Below, piece by piece: positions 1-11,158 of a stretch of DNA of 64,000 nucleotides; position 1 is the first letter of the stretch; each line of letters opens with the position of its first letter. The stretch is taken from NCBI GenBank assembly GCA_950097015.1, contig CATNEN010000015.1, positions 1,426,001-1,490,000 of the forward strand, given 5' to 3'. The stretch is from Macrostomum hystrix (Eukaryota > Animalia > Platyhelminthes). Under the pieces are notes generated by a model. The model was not told the origin of the DNA. It did no database searches and saw nothing but the letters and a program-made list of their open reading frames with translations. Made by a program: the position numbers and the translations under genes.

Positions 1-2015
1 CCGTTTTAAAAATTGCTGTGGCAGGCAATAATATGTATACCAACGCTGGGTTGCTCTGTGACGTCCAGTGTCACCCAGGGCTGTGTCACGCAGACACACA
101 CTCCAAGACTCATTGTCTTTGAGTTTAAACTTTCGCTGTTCCTCGCATGAAAAATGAACCAAAAAGACACAAGAAATCTTTCCTCAGCAGCGCCCAGAAA
201 ATGTGGTGTCACCGCGGAATCGAGATCAGCAGACACTTTAACCCTTCTGCCACAGCCTTTGATTTGGCATTGATGAGATATGATACAGAGTTCGTTCGTA
301 TATATATATTATAGCTTAGATAAGCCAGAGATGAGTTTTTTTAATAATCCATTGATTAATATAAAGCGCACGCGCGGGTGCTGATTATTATTCTTCGAAA
401 ATAATTGCCCTCAAAATTCCCATTATCAAAAGCAAAAGCGAAAGCAAAGACCAAGGTCTAAAAATGTTCTTGTAAAACTATCGAGACAAATATTTATGGT
501 GAGGAAGTTGATAACTAAACAAACAAAGGGAAGAGAAAAAATGTTCGGAAATAAAATTTAAATTTAGCCAACGGGGAGAGAAATTTGCTGATTTTTTTAA
601 CACCTAAACCTTATTAGGGCAGCTGTTCTCTGATTTTAGATACCTCCGTAATATAATTAGCTAGGGCTTCAGTGGTTTCCCTGTCATCTCGTTCCATTAA
701 ATAGTTTTATTACCCAGTCAGAAATGGTAGATTTACGCACTCGCAAGACTATTTACCAAGGACTTCTATATAATAGCATCTGTTATTATATAGATGCTAT
801 TATATAGAAGTCCTTGCTATTTACGAACTATTTACAACAATTTACGCATTGATTTATGACCAAGTGTGTGTGCGCAAGACCAGCTCCTTCGGCCCATAGA
901 CAATACCCGTCTGGGATTTACTGCATAGTAGCTCAGAAGAGGGATGGCACGGAGATCAAGTGGGGCAGCATTTACCGCACAGTTGCGGAATTTATTACAC
1001 ACTTCAATATATTTCTTTGATGGCCTTTGGGCCATAAACTATACACGAGCTTGAGACGTTTACGCACACTTGGTTATATGTCAATGAGAATATTTTTCTA
1101 GCTTCGCCATCGGAACCATTAGAGCAGACCACAGATATAATCATTTTATTATTATATTTGTTTTATTGTCTGTGGAGCAGACAGATATTTTTTACTTCTT
1201 CAATGTATATTTATAGGCATATTTATATGCTCATATGTGCTAATATGTGCTCATATGTTTATTTCGAAAATCAGACAGCACTTTATGTTTAGCCAATCAC
1301 AGGCAAAGCGATAAAACAGAACTATTAAACAGTTTGCACCTGGAGACTGGCTGGAGTAAAATATGTTCTCACAAAAGGATTCTGACATGAAGTTAAGGGA
1401 ATTCATGCAAAAAATTGGAATAACGAATCGTAAGATTAGGATAATTGAAGAAATTATTGATAGGCACCAGTAGGGAACAACAAACTCTGGGCCAGTAAGA
1501 GTCGACTTACAAAATCGAACCGCTTGGCTAACGAAAAAAAACTGAATTTTCCTAAAAAGTTATTAAAAATGCCTACTCTAAGTAGACTAATTGGCACGTA
1601 AACAATATCGGTGCTAAATTCTACAAATCGGAAGATCCTAAATGTGACCTTAATAGGTGGAGCGCGACGGGGGCGGTCATTAGCTACTCATGCTGTCTGT
1701 GTGTGCTGCCACTGCAAACAGGCCAACTTAAAGCTGGTAAGCTGTTGTGTTGACAGGAGTTTAATTTTAAATTATCAACTTACTAAATGTACCTAACGGC
1801 TTATGCTAACACTATTTGCCTATTCCTGGGGGCGACTCAGGTACTTATATCCTGCCATATTTCCCTACGCTTAAATGTTTTATATATACAGTGTCTTCCC
1901 CTTTCATTGGCCAATATTTTCCTTAAAAATATGCTTCAATGAAGTTATTTATATTGCTTGACTCAAATTTAACACACAGCAAGGAGAGATCCGCCATGCT
2001 GCATCTGATTTAGCA

Positions 2016-4970
2016 TCAGATCTTCAGCATCAGCCGCAGTTTACGAAGCGATACCCACTTTGAGCCTAAGTTAATCATCATAAACTCGTCACGTGTGTTC
2101 TCCTTCAGAGGAAATAGTCCGTTCGGGTTAAAAGTATGGCACCTGTTATACCACCAGCCACCGCGATCATACAAAAGCGAACAAAAACCGATAGCGTTGT
2201 CGTTGTCCTGGTCCATGGTGGAGAAGCGCATTCCTTTGTGGTACTCCATAGCATCGAATCCGACACTGGACCTGTTCCTCAGCATCTCTCGGTACGTCAT
2301 CTCATATTTGGTGCTGGCGTTTCCCACCTGGAATCCAGCATACTCAGCATGCAGCTCAGTCCCATTCCACAGCTTCATCTCCACTCTGAGTGTGGCTCCG
2401 CCTGCGCTCAGCGAGTGGATGGTGGAGAGACCTGCGGGTTGAGTTTGGCTGGTGATGTGAATACAGGCAAAATGCAAGAGCAGTTGACACGTACTATCTC
2501 TACGCAACTTTGTGCGACAGAACTTGTACTTTTTCACAGACAGCACGACTGGTACGTGTGCTTCTGTCTCTACGTGCTATTTGCTATTCCTGTGTCTTGG
2601 AGCTGAACCAAAAGAATATTTCAGACAGGACAACCATACTCAATTCCAACAGCAAGGCCGCACTACAGGTTATACCACTACTACTCCTCTGACAGACTCC
2701 AATAGATACCAGGGCATTCTGGTTTTCTGGAAATGAGCTTGTCGACTCGCTGGCAAAGCAGTGAGGCGCTAGCTCTGCGTTGGGTCCTGACCCACCAGCT
2801 CTCATCCTCAATACGTCAGTAATCGCCAGATTAATAACAGGCCGGCAAAAACCTCCATCACACGCGACGGAGGGACAACAAAAACTGCTGCCAGTCCAGA
2901 GCGGCAGTCCCGGTCCCATCCACCCGGCTCCGGAAGGTCCTCCTGAACCAAACCTCCTGAAGGACATCCGAGCCCTCACAATGACTTTCACAGGTCATGG
3001 CTGCTATGCCAGGCACTGCTTCCTCCGGGGAGACCTTCGGAACGAGGTGCGTCCATACTGTGTGTTTGAGAATGAGGATGCCCTGTACTTCGTCTGTCAC
3101 TGCCCTTTCTTTATTAGGGAGAGGCCTAACCTCCTTGGTCCGAACCCCTCCATGGATGCCGTTTGCAGATCCGAGAACATCTCGCGGCTCGTCCGGTTCC
3201 CGAGGGCTACCCGACGAGCATCGTTCTTCCCTAATGAGGAACACGCTGCAGGAAAGACCGGCCACGGACCTGCTTTGACTGGCTGCGCACCATTGGCTGA
3301 AGCGGTTTTTCAGGGATCAGTGGAATGTGCGACTGCCGCCTTCCCACTTAGTCTTCGGACCGCCCTACAGCTGAGTCAAGTAAGTGCCTAACTACTAAAT
3401 TGTAGTCCTTGATAGAAAAGGTGTTTCGCAAGCTCACCAATCCAGAAGCTGACGTTGTTTCCAAACCCAGACTCGTACTCCATCCAGTTCCGCTGGAAAC
3501 TGACATCTCCACTGAGTCGTTGTTGAATCGTTATGTATCTGCTTCCGTCAAGCATCAGAAAATCCTTCTTTGAGGAGTTTACTCCGACCCAGTCGGTGTC
3601 AAGCAGCCAATCACATGAAGCCTGGTTGGAACAGCTAAGTGGATTCTTAGTGAGCTCACTTTTGGACGAGAACATGTGCACCTGACTCTCCAGCAGGCAC
3701 TGGTTGGAAATCATCGAAGTTACCTGCCAGCGCACATCCCGCAGCAAGTCAGCTGGTTCGGCACTCAAAGACAATCTGAAGGTGTGAGAACTTGGATTTA
3801 TTGCACGAAAGCACATCAGCACGAGTATCTATAATATGTATAAAACTTAGATTTCCAACCTTAAACTGTCACAGCGATGAAAAGTATCGCAGTAAACTCT
3901 TAGATAAGTTGACTTGAAGTCCTCCAACACCTGCATTTTACCGAGCAAGAAGCGTGAACTCAAAGTCGAGCTCACAATGCTCTGAGCATTCCACAGACGC
4001 ATGAAGGCGATCGAGCGAGGCGATACATCAGCCAGCTGAGCCCTCACAGCCTCCAGGACTGTGTAATCTTGCAGCACTACATCCAGCCTGAGATAAAACT
4101 TCCTACTGCTGTTGTCATAAATTACTGACTCGCTGCTCAAGCTGCTGATGTTGTGGCAGAGAAGAGGCTCCACGAGGAATCCACCTGGCGTGTCCAGCAC
4201 CTGGTGAACTCGAGCCGTACAGGTGGAAGTGCTCACATTGCGAAAGAACTGCAGATGCTGGCAAAACGGCAGGTTCGTGTTCGCGTTGAGGAGCGATGCA
4301 TCTTCCGCTTGCATTACAATGCGATATCTCCTTTGCAGAGAGATCCGCTCTAGGTTTATGGTTGCTATTAGAACCACTCCACCCAGAACTTCCAGAGCAA
4401 AGTTTCTCATTCGAAACCTGAAGAGTCATGGAAATACTGAAACAAATATGTTGGCTCTTCTTACAAGACGAATTCGATAACTTACGCCAACGACAACGCG
4501 GCGCCATTGTCAGTGCACCAGAGTCTCAGGTCACCAACCGGCTCGCCCCAATTCCACACGAATTCAACAGATTTGAAATCAGAATTCTCCCGAGACGAGG
4601 CGCTGATTTCCGTCACGACCGCGAATTTCACCACCTTTGGTGACAGGTTTCTAAGGCGAAAATAAACTTCAGGTAGCAAGGCATCGTCCGTCAGCATCAC
4701 AGGAACACTGACGTACACCTGCTGCCTGATCAGATCGACTCTGGGAGTCAGGCTCTGCAGCTTGTCGGTGACGCACATTGCCGGCTCGATGGCGAAGTGC
4801 GAGCCGTTGCTCTCCACCGAGTGGTGCGCGAACAGCGGGCAGCCGCGCACCCGGAGCTGGGTGACGAAGTCCGAGCGAATGCACTGAGAGACCTGACCGG
4901 CTGCCAGCGAACATAGCAGCAGGGCCAATATGAAGGTGCAGATCAAAAGATTTGCTATTATATTTCTCAT
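2016..4970 (-). CDS. Secreted fibrinogen-related (FReD) protein, copy A, 4 exons, ~598 aa
   Basis: Exons 4970-4486, 4417-3860, 3775-3438 and 2431-2016 (485+558+338+416 = 1797 nt). All introns are GT-AG with matching phases 2,2,1. Hydrophobic leader MRNIIANLLICTFILALLLCSLAAG. Fibrinogen C-domain motifs IQQR..G.VSF.R.W.EY..GFG...FWIG|L, FST.DQDND and GGWWYN.C...NPNG. Confidence 0.88.
2590..3395 (+). mobile_element. Degenerate 3' fragment of an RNase H-containing non-LTR retrotransposon (I/Loa/R1-like) in intron 3 of FReD A
   Basis: Broken RNase H motifs NSNSKAALQ and Q*IPGHSG/GNELVDSLAKQ (~2640-2765), then TGHG and the C-terminal Zn-knuckle-like YCVFENEDALYFVCHCP in ORF 2780-3391. Contains stops and frameshifts; boundaries approximate. 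Confidence 0.75.
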
Positions 4971-7260
4971 TCTTGTCGTGGATTTCAAATCTAATAAAAT
5001 AAAAAGGCTAATTGCTTAAATTTGTTACTCACTAACATACCTTTCTACTGTTTCTGTAATTCACGATTATATATTAAACTTCGAAAGTCACTTGCTGGAA
5101 GCGACAAGTTTATGCACTGCAGATTCATTTTTAGTCATCACGAGATTTATTTGATCCAGCGACAATTTGTTCAAAATTCTGTCCGACTAGATATTTTGGT
5201 TGCGTTTGTATTAATAGAAATATTAACTTTCCACTGAATATCAGCTCGCTGACTAGCATGCTGATTTGTCTTCTATTTACTTCAGCTTTTAATTTTAAGG
5301 TACTTCGTACTTAATTTATCCCTGGCGAAATCAGTTTCTTTGTTTATTTCGGCAAATACTTATTTAGTACTTAGAGAAGACCATGAATAGCTGTCATGTG
5401 ATGCATTCACAGCATGGCTTCAAAGCGAGCCTTTACTGGACATCAGTACATACGCAATGGGCCGCTGAAGTGCTACCAGTGCCAGAGGTAATCTTATTTT
5501 TCGATGTTTTGCTTAGAGATGATGGTAGCGAAGCAGCAAAGGCTGCGCTGCCTCACCTGAGAAATAGTACTGAGAGGAAAGGCACTTGATGAGAATCTGG
5601 TTGATGAGAACCAACGCCACTGTGTTTACCCGCTTTCTCCCCGAGTTCGTTTAGGCCAGAAACCTTGTGGTGCCTAGTGGATATCTAAGACAACGTTTCA
5701 GCAAACATCTTTCCTTTTTGCGGTCCAAATAGACGTGTCACTCGTCTCGATTCTGCTCCGAAAACTGCAAGACAAGACCAAGGTTCGTTAGGTTCGTAAC
5801 ATTCGCCCCTGCTGCATTGAGGCTGACCACAGTCTTATTACTTGCGAAGTTGACCTTCGATGGACCAAATATAAAAAGTCTCCCGCGTCCCCCTATAGGC
5901 GAAATTCTGCTACTCGGGAAGCTTTTGTCTCAAAAGTTCTGAGCGCCGTTTCTGCATGGTCCTGAAACTTCTGCGAGACCTTCACTGCTGCTATTCAAGC
6001 TGCGGCCGACATCCTTCTCAGACACACAGCTAATAGACCAAAGGCCATCTGGGATGCGGATCCTGAAATTGCGCTCGCTTGACGACGAGTCCAAAGTGCC
6101 GCTGCTCGCGATGGTCCCGACAGCGAGCATGCTTTGGCCCTCCACAATGAATTTCAACGCATCTAGGCTGCCACAATCGAGAAGTACACCGAAGAAGCAG
6201 TGTCTGAAATTTAGGTCGCCTCTGACACGTGCAAGCATGCTGCTGCATGGCGTGCTATCAACAAGCAAGGACTACTTAAGTAGATACTACGGCTCGTACT
6301 ATATCACTACTATTGAGTATATAAATCTAATAATTCTTCAGTCGTCCTTGTCCACAAGGTGAGTCGGAGACCTAGACCTAGCGCAGTCGTTAGAGCTTCC
6401 TCTGTCGAAGAAAGAAAAGCCACTCTTGCTGCTCACTACCACAAAGTTCACCACGCTCCGCCTCCTGACACTGGACCTCTTCCGATTCTTGACTTCAATC
6501 CGTCTGCTCCAAGCAGTTTTAATACTGGGTCCATTTCTGCCACTGAAGTCCGTCAAGCATTGGCCACTACACACTCCGATGCCGCAGCTGGTGTTGACGA
6601 AATTCCTCCTCGGGTGCTCAAGCTCCCTGAGTTCTTGCACGTAATAACAAGCTTGCTTAATAAGCACACCATCCTTGGAGGAAACCTAGATGCTCACGCT
6701 CCAGGAAGACCAGGAAGATCTACTACCGAGCAGATCATCACCCTCCGCATCATCATCGAAGCCTTGGCTCGTCATAATGTTTATGACTCGGCTCGTCAAT
6801 CGTCGCTCATCCCAATCGTGTTTATAGACTTCCGGATGGCTTTTGACTCCTCGGTGGCGCGCTCGATTATCTCCTGGTTGCTGGCCCAGTACGGGGTTCC
6901 AGCTGCCCTGGTCACTGCTGTCACTGACCTTTTCATGGACCACGCGTGCCTTCGTCGAGACTCCTGACGGTCGAATATGTCACCTCATAAAGAGTTCTTC
7001 AATATGATATCTTGGCCCCATGTCTTTTTATCTTGTTCGTCGACTACATCCTGAGACGCGCAGGATGATGATGGCTTCATCATGACAACTCGTCGAGATC
7101 CGCGCCACCCTTCCGTCACCCTCGGTGCAATTGCTTTCGCTGACGACATCGCTCTTACCTGCAAGGACCCGTGTGCTGCTCAACGCGCCGTCACCAGACT
7201 TTTCGAAAAAGCCGCTCGAGTTGGCCTGGTGGTCAATGCCCGCAAAACCGAGGTTCTCTA
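4660..7260. repeat. Segmental duplication unit 1 (5' part of FReD exon 1, upstream region, RTE remnant); near-identical to ~13131-16500
   Basis: Identical ORFs recur at an offset of 8471 (5022/13493, 5383/13854, 5930/14401). The sequence matches by eye apart from indels inside the RTE remnant. Confidence 0.95.
5600..7260 (+). mobile_element. RTE-clade-like LINE remnant, copy 1 (end of AP endonuclease, linker, partial RT)
   Basis: Endonuclease end ...GPNRRVTRLD...IEADHSLITCEV. RT motifs GVDEIP, RSTTEQI..LR.IIE, IVFIDFR.AFDS, AFADDIAL and GLVVNARKTEV. Internal deletions, frameshifts, truncated at ~7260. Confidence 0.85.
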
Positions 7261-7665
7261 ACCGAGGGCTATATTGCTTCCCTCGCAAAATTAAAGGTGG
7301 AAATCTTGGAAACTAAATTCCACGCGAGAGTTACGCCAGCGCTAATGATGGCTTGTTCAGTCGGAGGCAAAAATGAGTTCTGCTCGGTATCGACTACGTT
7401 GAGAAGGCTTGCATCCGCACCAATGAGGAATGAGTTATACGATTAAATTCTGCACGTTTACTGCAACCAGTTACCTGTTTTTCATGTTCCACTACAATGT
7501 TTGCTTGTATATCGACTTATTGTAAGTCTATGGTCGAGGTCCGGTTACGAGCACTTTTTCGTTCATAACTTTTGTTTTCATGGTCAGTTTTAAAATGATG
7601 TTTGAGTTTATACGGCTCGTATAAATGTAGTATCCTTGCAAATATCGAACACTGCAGAGGCTCCG

Positions 7666-7990
7666 TGTAGTAGAGTTATAGTTGAAAAGGATGTGCGCCG
7701 ATAGCAAGCACTCGGCAGTAGATTTGCTTGAAGCGTGTATTTGTAGTAGTCTGGGCTAGCAATAATAGGTGGAGGACCCCAAAGGAGTTTTGGTTATGAC
7801 TGCGCGTGGAGTTTCTATTTATAGGCGGGAGCGCGAGTGGGGGAACTTTCCAGAAGGATACCATACATGACACACGCGCACACGAGAGAAGGGTCGAGAA
7901 GATTCTGGAATAAACAAATGAACTCACGCATTATAACAAATGAGGGAAGTTTCTAGAAACTTCCAGAATAATTGCACGAGCGCCATCACA
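7666..7990 (-). repeat. 3' LTR of the Gypsy element (~325 bp)
   Basis: On the minus strand the purine tract GGTGGGGAGG (8000-7991) is followed directly by TGTGATG... and the unit ends ...CTACTACA at 7666 (TG...CA termini). TATA-like TATAAATAG inside. Confidence 0.75.
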
Positions 7991-10070
7991 CCTCCCCACC
8001 AAGCTGTGAGTGCAGCTGACAGAAAAGGAAAGGTCTATAAGTCCATTCGTAGCCGAGGCTTACGCTGTCTCACCGAGCGTCTGGGGTTGTCCGGTCCGAA
8101 AGGTGGTGGCTGAACATGTCCTTGCTCCCGCCGGCCAGGAGACGGAGGCGCCGCCAGCGGTCTGGCCGGTAACACCTGGTGACCGGCCGTTTCGTTTAGC
8201 TGAACCGGCAGCGATCCTGGTTCGCTGTCTTCCATTGACGCGTGTCGTGGTTGCAGCTGGTCGAAGTGCCGCCGCCAGACCGGGCCGTTCGAGACCACCT
8301 TGACGTTAACGCTGCGGCTACCATGCCGCTTGGTGACCACCGCGGGAACCCAGCGGCCTTCCTTCTCGCGGCGTGGTCCGTAGTAGCGCGCATAGACCGC
8401 ATCTCCGACGTTGAACCCTTCTCGGATGCGAGACACCTCTTGACGAGCTCTGGACGCCTCGGCCTGCTTGGCTTGGCGATCCTGGGCGAGATGGGCCGGC
8501 GATGGTAGCAGCGTATCGATCTGCGTCCGGTTCTGCCGGCCGTTGAGGAGTTCACTCGGAGAGTAGCCATTTACTGCCGGAGTCCGTCGGTACTGCATCA
8601 GGAATTGTTGTAGAGCCCTGGCAGGTGGCAGGCTGGATTTCCTCAGGGCCTTCTTTAAGGTCTGAACCAGCTGTTCAGCCGCTCCATTCGTTGCCGGGTG
8701 ATACGGAGCTCCGGTGAGGTGCGCGCTGCGCGCTGGTGTTCGCGACACCATGCTTGGAATTCCTCGGCCATGAATGCCGCTGCGTTGTCCGTGACGACGG
8801 CATGAGGGTAGCCGAAGTGGGCGAAGTCTTCTTCTAGAAGCTCGATCGTAGCCCGAGTTGACATGGATTGCGTCAGGTGTATGCACGGATACTTCGAGTA
8901 GGCGTCCGTAAGCACAAGCCAGTTGGTGCCGAGGAAGTTGACTGCGTGGTCTAGATGTAGGCGACTCCAAGGTTTCTCAGGCATCATCCACGGATGAACG
9001 GCGGCCTTTGGCGGCTGATTTTGGTGCTCGGCGCAGCTGTGGCAGCCGCGGCATAGGTGTTCGACGTCGTCGTCGATGTTCGGCCAATAGACTGCCGATC
9101 GGGCCAGCTGCTTCATCCTCTGCATTCCGAAATGTCCGAGGTGGAGAATTTTCAGCACGTCATTTCGGAGGTTCCGTGGAATTACAAGGCGACAGCCATG
9201 CAGAAGGCATCCGTTGCAGCAGGACAGCGAGTTTTTGACTTTCCGCAGGCGGGCCAGCTCAGCGTCCTCGTCTCGTCCGATTGGCGGCCAACCTTCTCGA
9301 CAGTAGCGCATGGCGGTGGAGATGACTGGGTCCCTCGATGATTCCTTGGCTACGGCTGAGGCGTCAGCCGGCCGGATCTGCAGGCTCAGGACCTTGATCG
9401 CACAGACCATGTCGAAATCGGCTGTGCTCTCCTCCCCGTCGAAGTCTGGGTCGTCTCCGACTGGCAGGCGACTCAGGGCGTCCGCATTTCCGTGACTCTT
9501 CGTCTGGCGGTACTCGATTTCGTAGGTGAAATTGTGGAGCAGGTTCGCCGAACGAGCCAGTCGGTTTGCTGCCATCACAGGTGTCTCCTTTTCGGGCCCA
9601 AGTAGCGAAATCAACGGCTTATGGTCCGTGACCAGGATGAACTTTCGGTTAAACAAGTATTGGAAGAACTTCTTTAAGCCGAAGATGATTGAAAGCGCTT
9701 CCTTCTGAATCTGTGGATAGCGGCGCTGAGCATCCGTCAGAGACTTTGAAGCGTTGGCGATCGGCCGCTCGCTACCATCCGGGTAGCGGTGGAACAGGAC
9801 AGCGCCTATCCCGACGTTTGATGCATCGCAGGAGAGCCCGAGAGGGAGCTCAGGCCTGTAGTGGACAAGTACGTTGTCCGAAGAGAGCTCCTGCTTGATC
9901 CAGTCGAAGGCCCGCTGCTCCGCGTCTCCCCAAATCCATGGTGTGTCCTTCCTGGTGAGGCGGTACAGCGGCTCGGAGATGGTGGCCATGCTCGGTGGCA
10001 AAAACTTTGCGTAGAACTGGACCGAACCGAGGAATGACCGGAGGCTGGACACGTCCTTTGGTGGAGGCAT
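7666..10070 (-). mobile_element. 5'-truncated Ty3/Gypsy LTR retrotransposon (RT connection, RNase H, integrase, PPT, 3' LTR)
   Basis: ORF 8655-10070 has LRSFLG..QFYAKF, RNase H LSCDAS..GIGAVL...EKEAL...TDHKPL, integrase HHCC (H..H...C..C) and core LDHA/TDNA. ORF 8035-8970 continues (PYHPATNGAAEQ) after a frameshift near 8745. The RT-RH-IN order is Gypsy-type. Confidence 0.93.
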
Positions 10071-10411
10071 TACGAGTAAATCACTTTTTGGACCATCAGA
10101 ATAAAAGATATGATAAAAATAAAGACTACCTTTGGGCCATCCCTTGTTGTCTATATGCTGCTCGTAGTTCTAACATAGATTAAAACGCGATTTAAATCGA
10201 AGGTAATTAGTTGCATCTATTACCTTTGTCTTGCGATGTAAGAAACCTGCATGCGAAACCATTGAGCAAACATTTATTAAGCGCTTAAAGTGATCAACTG
10301 AAGTCATCACAACATTCTTTTTTATTTATCATTTAGTGCACAAATATATAATTTGCAATGTTTAATCGGATGGGCTGTAGCAAATCAACAGTGCAATCAA
10401 TTAGTTGTCTA

Positions 10412-10894
10412 AGTGTTCCTGTGATGCTGACGGACGATGCCTTGCTACCTGAAGTTTATTTTCGCCTTAGAAACCTGTCACCAAAGGTGGTGAAATTCGC
10501 GGCCGTGACGGAAATCAGCGCCTCGTCTCGGGAGAATTCTGATTTCAATTCTGTTGAATTCGTGTGGAGACCGGGAGAGTCCATTGGGCACCTGAGACTG
10601 TGGTTCAGCGACTTTGATTCGGCCTTCTTACTAGCGTGAGTTTGCGCTGAAAACATTCGTCATTCGCACATCAGCTCTGGTAAGATTATGACGCTACCTC
10701 GATATTTTTTTTATTTTTAGGTCTCAGACAAGTACTGGTCCCATGAAGGAATTCAATCAAGTGGCACTTTCTGCATCAATCACTCTGGGCAAGAGAGTTA
10801 TGAAAATGAAATACAAGCTGGTGATGCGCAGAGAAGGTGCTCAGGAATCGAGCTTGCGAGCTGACAGCGACACAGACCTGCCATTGTGCCGACA
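10412..10894 (+). pseudogene. Inverted internal fragment of a FReD gene (3' half of exon 1, intron 1, start of exon 2)
   Basis: Encodes SVPVMLTDDALLPEVYFRLRNLSPKVVKF...WRPGESIGHLRLWF, then an intact GTGAG...TTTAG intron, then SQTSTGPMKEFNQ...LPLCR. No start codon and no fibrinogen domain. Confidence 0.9.
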
Positions 10895-11158
10895 TTGATT
10901 GAGTTGTCTTAGATTTGGCATGGCAAATTTACATAAATATATTTTCATTCCTTTATAAAGTTTTGAATCAGAAAGCAGGAACGTGAATAACGAATCGTAT
11001 TCTATTCTATATTTTCTTGACTATATAATGGAGGCTTCAGTATAGTCTCAGTCGATAGATTGATTAAAAATATTAACACGAAAAACCCTTTCAATGCGTC
11101 AAAAAGACAAACACCCTAAGTTCGTTATGCTCAACTCTAAAATAATTTTCATGTCTGT

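Noticed and set aside
6-1800. Short ORFs (6-236, 832-1035, 1611-1796) as genes or TE fragments
   Set aside because: I recognise no motif and could not build a consistent splice model.
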